From Victivallaceae bacterium (GTDB lineage: Bacteria > Verrucomicrobiota > Lentisphaeria > Victivallales > Victivallaceae): 38,223 bases of DNA. Numbering within the stretch: the stretch's first letter is position 1; each line of letters starts with the position of its first letter. The notes below the pieces were generated by a model. The model was given only the letters and a program-made list of their open reading frames with translations. It did not search any database and was not told the DNA's origin. Below, in pieces: positions 34,113-38,223 of the stretch. A program made the translations under genes and the position numbers. The stretch is taken from positions 1 to 38,223 of the forward strand of contig JAZQTR010000182.1 of NCBI GenBank assembly GCA_045630865.1, given 5' to 3'.

Positions 34113-35934
34113 AATCAACAACCTCCAGGTTCTGCATTATATACTCTTTGCGTTCAGGAGTATTTTCGCCCATATAAAACTTCAGTATTTCAGGCACTCC
34201 GCGCATGTTGTCAAGTGTAACCGGACTCAAGCGGATGTTTTCACCGATGAACTCACCGAAATCATCCGGACTGATCTCTCCCAATCCCTTGAACCGGGTT
34301 ATTTCCGCTTTGGCTCCAAGCTGTTTTGCCGCCGCATCACGCTCGGCTTCATCGTAACAGTATATCGGTGTTTCCCGCGGCTTGCTGACCCTGAAAAGCG
34401 GAGTTTCAAGTATATAGAGGTGTCCGGAAAGCACCAGCTGTTCGTAAAAACAGAGGAAAAACGTCAGAAGCAAATTGCGGATATGAAGTCCGTCAACGTC
34501 GGCGTCTGTTGCGATAATAACTTTATCATAGCGCAGATTTTCGGTAGTTTCTTCAATTCCGAGAGCCTGAATTAGAAAGTTCAGCTCTTCGTTCTTGTAT
34601 ATCATCTCGATCGTCTCGCCGAAAGCATTTTTAGGCTTTCCGCGCAAAGCGAAGATTGCCTGACACTCCACATCACGCTTCTTGACCAGACTGCCGGCGG
34701 CTGAATCTCCCTCGGTCAGAAAAATCATTGTTTCACGCGGAGTGGTTCCGCGCGGCCACTTTGAACCGATATGATATTTGCAATCCTTAAGCTTGGGAAT
34801 ACGCAGAAGCGTCTTCTGGGTGGTTTCACGCGACTTCTTTTTGACCTCCTGGATCTGACGGTGCAGCTGCTCGTTGCGCTGTACTTTGTCTATCACCAGC
34901 TCGGCGATCACCTTGTTTTTGTGCAGAAAATCTGCTACCGCCGCACTCACCTGCGATACGACAGGGCCACGGACATCGGTATTCACCAGTTTGTTCTTGG
35001 TCTGACTCTCAAAATTCGGCTCTTTGACCTTTACTGCGATAACACCGACCATTCCATCACGGATGGCATCGGCTTTGAAAGATTTTCCGCTGTACTCATT
35101 TATACCCTTGAGGACACCCTCTTTAAACGCCGAAAGGTGGGTTCCGCCGTCACTGGTATATTGTCCATTGACAAAGCTCAAAACGTTTTCGCCGTAACGG
35201 TCACTGTGCGTAAGTGAAAACTCAAGATCTTTGCTCTTGTAGTAGATGATATCGTAGAGCTTATCCTCTCCGGTTTCAGAGTCGAGCAGATCCTGCAGAC
35301 CGTTGGCGGAGTAGTAGCGTTCACCATTCCAGTAGAGAGAGATTCCGCTGTTGAGATAAGCGTACATCCACAGACGTTTGCTGATATATTCATTGCGGAA
35401 ACTGTAATTCGGGAACATCTCCGGATCAGGAATAAACCTCACCATCGTTCCGTTCTTTTCTTCGCACTCCCCCTCGATGGTATCGAGCAGTTTTCCGCGG
35501 CTGAAATGAGCTTCACGGAATTTACCCTCACGGACACTGCGGACTACGAACTCTTCAGAAAGTGCATTTACCGCCTTGGTTCCGACTCCGTTCAAACCGA
35601 TGGAAAACTGGAAAACGTCATCACTGTATTTTCCGCCGGTGTTCATCACCGACACACATTCGACCAGTTTTTCCAGGGGGATTCCGCGTCCGTAGTCACG
35701 GACAGTGACAGTGCGATCCTCAAGCGTGATATCGACACGTCTGCCGCACCCCATGATAAATTCATCAATACTGTTGTCAATAACCTCTTTGAGCAGGATG
35801 TATATACCGTCGTCAGGGTGGCTTCCGTTGCCGGTTCTGCCGATATACATTCCCGGACGTTTGCGCACATGCTCAAGGGGGTCAAGATGCGTAATACTGT
35901 CTGCTGTATATGTTTGTACCGCGTCTGCCGCCAT
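34105..35934 (-). CDS. parE: type IIA topoisomerase subunit B, topoisomerase IV ParE-like
   Basis: LEHVRKRPGMYIG, GHKL ATPase lid (EVIDNSIDE, GLNGVG), TOPRIM (FLTEGDSAAGS, IATDADVDGLHI). 609 aa, shorter than a typical GyrB. Confidence 0.9.
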   Translation of the reverse strand: MAADAVQTYTADSITHLDPLEHVRKRPGMYIGRTGNGSHPDDGIYILLKEVIDNSIDEFIMGCGRRVDITLEDRTVTVRDYGRGIPLEKLVECVSVMNTGGKYSDDVFQFSIGLNGVGTKAVNALSEEFVVRSVREGKFREAHFSRGKLLDTIEGECEEKNGTMVRFIPDPEMFPNYSFRNEYISKRLWMYAYLNSGISLYWNGERYYSANGLQDLLDSETGEDKLYDIIYYKSKDLEFSLTHSDRYGENVLSFVNGQYTSDGGTHLSAFKEGVLKGINEYSGKSFKADAIRDGMVGVIAVKVKEPNFESQTKNKLVNTDVRGPVVSQVSAAVADFLHKNKVIAELVIDKVQRNEQLHRQIQEVKKKSRETTQKTLLRIPKLKDCKYHIGSKWPRGTTPRETMIFLTEGDSAAGSLVKKRDVECQAIFALRGKPKNAFGETIEMIYKNEELNFLIQALGIEETTENLRYDKVIIATDADVDGLHIRNLLLTFFLCFYEQLVLSGHLYILETPLFRVSKPRETPIYCYDEAERDAAAKQLGAKAEITRFKGLGEISPDDFGEFIGENIRLSPVTLDNMRGVPEILKFYMGENTPERKEYIMQNLEVVDYE

Positions 35935-35978
35935 TATCTCAAAAACTCTCCGGATTTACAGTTACAATTATTTTATCA

Positions 35979-36006
35979 AATATATCATAACTTTGCAATC
36001 TTTCAA
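35979..36006 (-). promoter_or_regulatory. candidate sigma-70-type promoter of parE-parC
   Basis: Minus strand: TTGAAA (36006-36001), 16-nt spacer, TATATT (35984-35979), about 45 nt upstream of the parE ATG. Confidence 0.4.
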
Positions 36007-36086
36007 GCAGAAAAGATACTCAAAAAGCAACAGATATACCTTATTTTGCCGATTTTATGCCGTTTGCAACCGAAACAGCCCTTTTT

Positions 36087-36986
36087 TCAATAAGACGGCG
36101 GATTTTTGTGATCCGCAAGCCGGAACGCCGGTGCCGGAATATCAGATCCTGAAAGGAACGCTTCCACCAGACGCACAGACGTCTCTTCACATCCGCGTTC
36201 AACCCAGTGGATATCCACTCCATCACGTTCAAGTTTGCGGAAAAAGATATCCTGACGTTTAGCGAACTGGCGTATGCGGTTGAGCAGATTGCTGCGCATT
36301 TCCTCAAAGGTTGCCCTGCCCTGCAGAAAAAGAGCGATTTCCCGGTACTCCAAACCGTAGAACTCAAGCTGTTCGTAACTCACACCGTGTTTGTCGTGAA
36401 GATCTCTTATCTCATCGATCATTCCGGCATCAAAACGGGCATCAAGACGCTTTTCGATACGGTCGCGCACCTCAAGACGCGGATAGTAGACTCCAATCAC
36501 GAGAGCATCCAGTTTGAAGGGAGCGGTAAAGTTACCCTCCGCCCCGGAATCCTCTCTTCTTGTACGGGGAACACCTTTTTCCCTCGGCGGCAAAGCTCCG
36601 CCGGGAAGAGAAAACCCTTTGAGCAGTGCCTCAAGGTAAAGGGCTGTTCCTCCGCACAGTATGGGAAGCTTCCCTCTCGACACTATGTCGCTCACTGCAG
36701 CATACGCATCGTGACAGAATTTCCAGAGGTTATAATCCCCCTTCCCCGGATCAGCAACATCTACCAGATGGCACGGTATTTCGCCGTACTCTTCAAGGTC
36801 TTTGCCGGTTCCGATATCCATATTCCGGTACACCTGCCGGGAGTCGACACTGATAATCTCTCCGGAAAACCGGCGGGCAAGCTGAACCGCCAGACGGGTT
36901 TTTCCGGTAGCAGTCGGACCGGTGACCGCTATCACTTTCACCGCAGGAAACGGCTGATTTGTGTCATTATATCTCAAAATATACAC
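36087..36986 (-). CDS. miaA: tRNA dimethylallyltransferase
   Basis: P-loop VTGPTATGKT, ISVDSRQVYRNMDIGTGK, ILCGGTALY motifs. 299 aa. Confidence 0.93.
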   Translation of the reverse strand: MYILRYNDTNQPFPAVKVIAVTGPTATGKTRLAVQLARRFSGEIISVDSRQVYRNMDIGTGKDLEEYGEIPCHLVDVADPGKGDYNLWKFCHDAYAAVSDIVSRGKLPILCGGTALYLEALLKGFSLPGGALPPREKGVPRTRREDSGAEGNFTAPFKLDALVIGVYYPRLEVRDRIEKRLDARFDAGMIDEIRDLHDKHGVSYEQLEFYGLEYREIALFLQGRATFEEMRSNLLNRIRQFAKRQDIFFRKLERDGVDIHWVERGCEETSVRLVEAFLSGSDIPAPAFRLADHKNPPSY

Positions 36987-37015
36987 CTTTTATAATAACT
37001 TTTAACGAAAAGTAT

Positions 37016-37044
37016 TTTACATTTTGTCTTGCGCGTATTATATT
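37016..37044 (+). promoter_or_regulatory. candidate sigma-70-type promoter of lpxC-fabZ
   Basis: TTTACA (37016-37021), 17-nt spacer, TATATT (37039-37044), about 45 nt upstream of ATG 37091. Divergent from miaA. Confidence 0.35.
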
Positions 37045-37090
37045 ATGATACGACAAATTGGTTTTTTCAAACTGTAATTGGATATTTTTT

Positions 37091-37936
37091 ATGGAAAAAC
37101 AGCAAACTCTTGCCAAACCGGAAGAAATTTCCGGAATAGCTCTGCATACCGGAGTGCGCGCCGTACTGCGCCTCAACCCGGCTCCGGAAAACACCGGAAT
37201 CCTCTTCCGCCGTGTCGACATGCCCGGAAGCCCGGTAATACCGGCTCTTGCCGGCAACGTCATAGATGTCCAACGCGGAACCACCATCGGCTGCGGCAAT
37301 GCGGCTGTATACACCATCGAACACATCATGTCCGCCCTGCATGCATGCGGAGTTGACAACTGTATCGTCGATATGGATGGAGCAGAGCCCCCCATCTGCG
37401 ACGGCAGTGCAAAAGAGTTTTTTGCAATGATCGAAAGAGCCGGTGTCGTCACCCAGAATGCAGATGCAAAAATCTGGACTCCGAACAAGCCGCTCCGTTT
37501 CGAGAAAGGCTCAACTCAAGTTGTGATTTTCCCCAATCCGGATAAACTTGCCATCAGCTGCGTCACCAGCTTTAAAGGCTGCCCCTTTGATCCGCAGTAC
37601 TGCGAGTTCGAGCTTGAACAGGAGGCTTACAAAACCGAAGTCGCTCCCGCCAGAACTTTCGTGGACTACCGCGACCTCAAGGCTCTCATGAGCTACGGAT
37701 TGTGCAAAGGCGGAACCCTCGATGCCGCCGCCATAATCCACGACGGAGCGATCATCTGCAAAGACGAACTGCGTTTTGACAATGAGATCGTCCGCCACAA
37801 AATCCTCGACCTCTGCGGAGACCTTTACTTGAGCGGAGCACGCATCCGTGGAAATGTTATCGCCATCAAACCCGGGCATCCCGCCAATGTGGGACTCGCC
37901 AAGCTCATTATAGAAGATATGAACAACTGCCAGTAA
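37091..37936 (+). CDS. lpxC: UDP-3-O-acyl-N-acetylglucosamine deacetylase
   Basis: GIALHTGV, TIEHIMSAL, FVDYRDL, HKILDLCGDLYL motifs. The ORF track starts at TTG 37058. ATG 37091 gives MEKQQTLAKPEEISG. Confidence 0.93.
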   Translation: MEKQQTLAKPEEISGIALHTGVRAVLRLNPAPENTGILFRRVDMPGSPVIPALAGNVIDVQRGTTIGCGNAAVYTIEHIMSALHACGVDNCIVDMDGAEPPICDGSAKEFFAMIERAGVVTQNADAKIWTPNKPLRFEKGSTQVVIFPNPDKLAISCVTSFKGCPFDPQYCEFELEQEAYKTEVAPARTFVDYRDLKALMSYGLCKGGTLDAAAIIHDGAIICKDELRFDNEIVRHKILDLCGDLYLSGARIRGNVIAIKPGHPANVGLAKLIIEDMNNCQ

Positions 37937-37951
37937 TACGGAGTCAACACC

Positions 37952-38223
37952 ATGAAAACCTTTTACGAAATCAACGAAATAAAAGAATTCTTCAAGGGAC
38001 GCGTTCCCTTCAGCCTTCTTGACCGCGCCTGGATGATCGATGAAAACAACTGGGTCGGACTCAAAAACGTTTCCATCAACGAAGAGTTTTTTATCGGTCA
38101 CTTCCCCAATCATCCCATCATGCCCGGCGTTCTTCAGCTCGAAGCTATGAAGCAGCTGGCTGAACTTGCAGTGAGAGAGAAGATCGCCACTCCGGAAGCC
38201 GGAATCATCCGCATTTCCAAAAT
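37952..38223 (+). CDS. fabZ: 3-hydroxyacyl-ACP dehydratase FabZ, N-terminal part (runs off the window end)
   Basis: ATG 37952, 15 nt after the lpxC stop. Translation MKTFYEINEIKEFFKGRVPFSLLDR...EEFFIGHFPNHPIMPGVLQLEAMKQLAE contains the FabZ hot-dog active-site motif. Not in the ORF track because there is no stop in the window. Confidence 0.9.
   Translation, partial: MKTFYEINEIKEFFKGRVPFSLLDRAWMIDENNWVGLKNVSINEEFFIGHFPNHPIMPGVLQLEAMKQLAELAVREKIATPEAGIIRISK

Noticed and set aside
37091-38223. Possible LpxC-FabZ fusion protein, as seen in some lineages.
   Set aside because: lpxC ends with an in-frame TAA at 37934-37936. fabZ has its own ATG 15 nt downstream. These are two separate genes in one operon.
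1-38223. Scan for CRISPR repeats, tRNA/rRNA genes, IS elements, integrases, phage genes, toxin-antitoxin pairs and known defence-system signatures.
   Set aside because: No regularly spaced direct repeats were seen. No intergenic region is long or structured enough for a tRNA. No transposase/integrase-like or defence-associated motifs appeared in any frame. The window appears to be core chromosome plus one small catabolic island.

Overview
This 38.2-kb window reads mostly as ordinary core chromosome. The source is probably a PVC-superphylum bacterium (Lentisphaerota/Kiritimatiellota-like). That taxonomic guess is an inference from three things: a pseudopilin with an N-terminal [18 protein letters not shown] segment, a 51-aa 'small basic protein' gene, and roughly 55-60% GC in the coding backbone.

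Gene order:
- Plus strand: asnB, trxB, a DUF45/YgjP-like HExxH hydrolase, hcp, and a compact alkaline-phosphatase-superfamily enzyme.
- Then a long, mostly minus-strand run:
  - HAD hydrolase and APH-fold kinase.
  - ABM monooxygenase, GH20 hexosaminidase, a truncated GcvT-like protein and rpe.
  - glyQS.
  - A plus-strand insert: small basic protein, nitroreductase, DUF4432 epimerase-like.
  - M14 peptidase, heparinase II/III-type lyase and pseudopilin.
  - GH88/GH105 hydrolase, kduD and Zn-ADH.
  - A sigma-54 response regulator, a 153-aa unknown, der, pyrF, a membrane protein, a LolA-like protein and lon.
  - Esterase, parC, parE and miaA.
- Finally lpxC and a partial fabZ on the plus strand.

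I found no CRISPR array, tRNA/rRNA, transposase/integrase, or recognisable defence or toxin-antitoxin module. I cannot point to a compelling new 'system'.

The stretches most worth a second look:
1. An AT-rich pseudopilin / polysaccharide-lyase / M14 module bracketed by hairpins, next to an unsaturated-uronate operon with a candidate operator.
2. A GH20 neighbourhood with an APH-fold kinase, a HAD with a non-canonical motif I, a minimal AP-superfamily enzyme and a truncated GcvT-fold protein.
3. A 141-aa acidic Pro/Glu-rich tail on the topoisomerase IV A subunit.
4. An orphan sigma-54 activator at the end of a housekeeping operon.
5. A small basic protein gene that falls below the ORF-track length cut-off.

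Several ORF-track starts (TTG/GTG extensions) were moved to downstream ATGs that have Shine-Dalgarno sequences. All promoter, operator and terminator calls are by-eye motif matches. All product calls rest on remembered family motifs, not on database searches.
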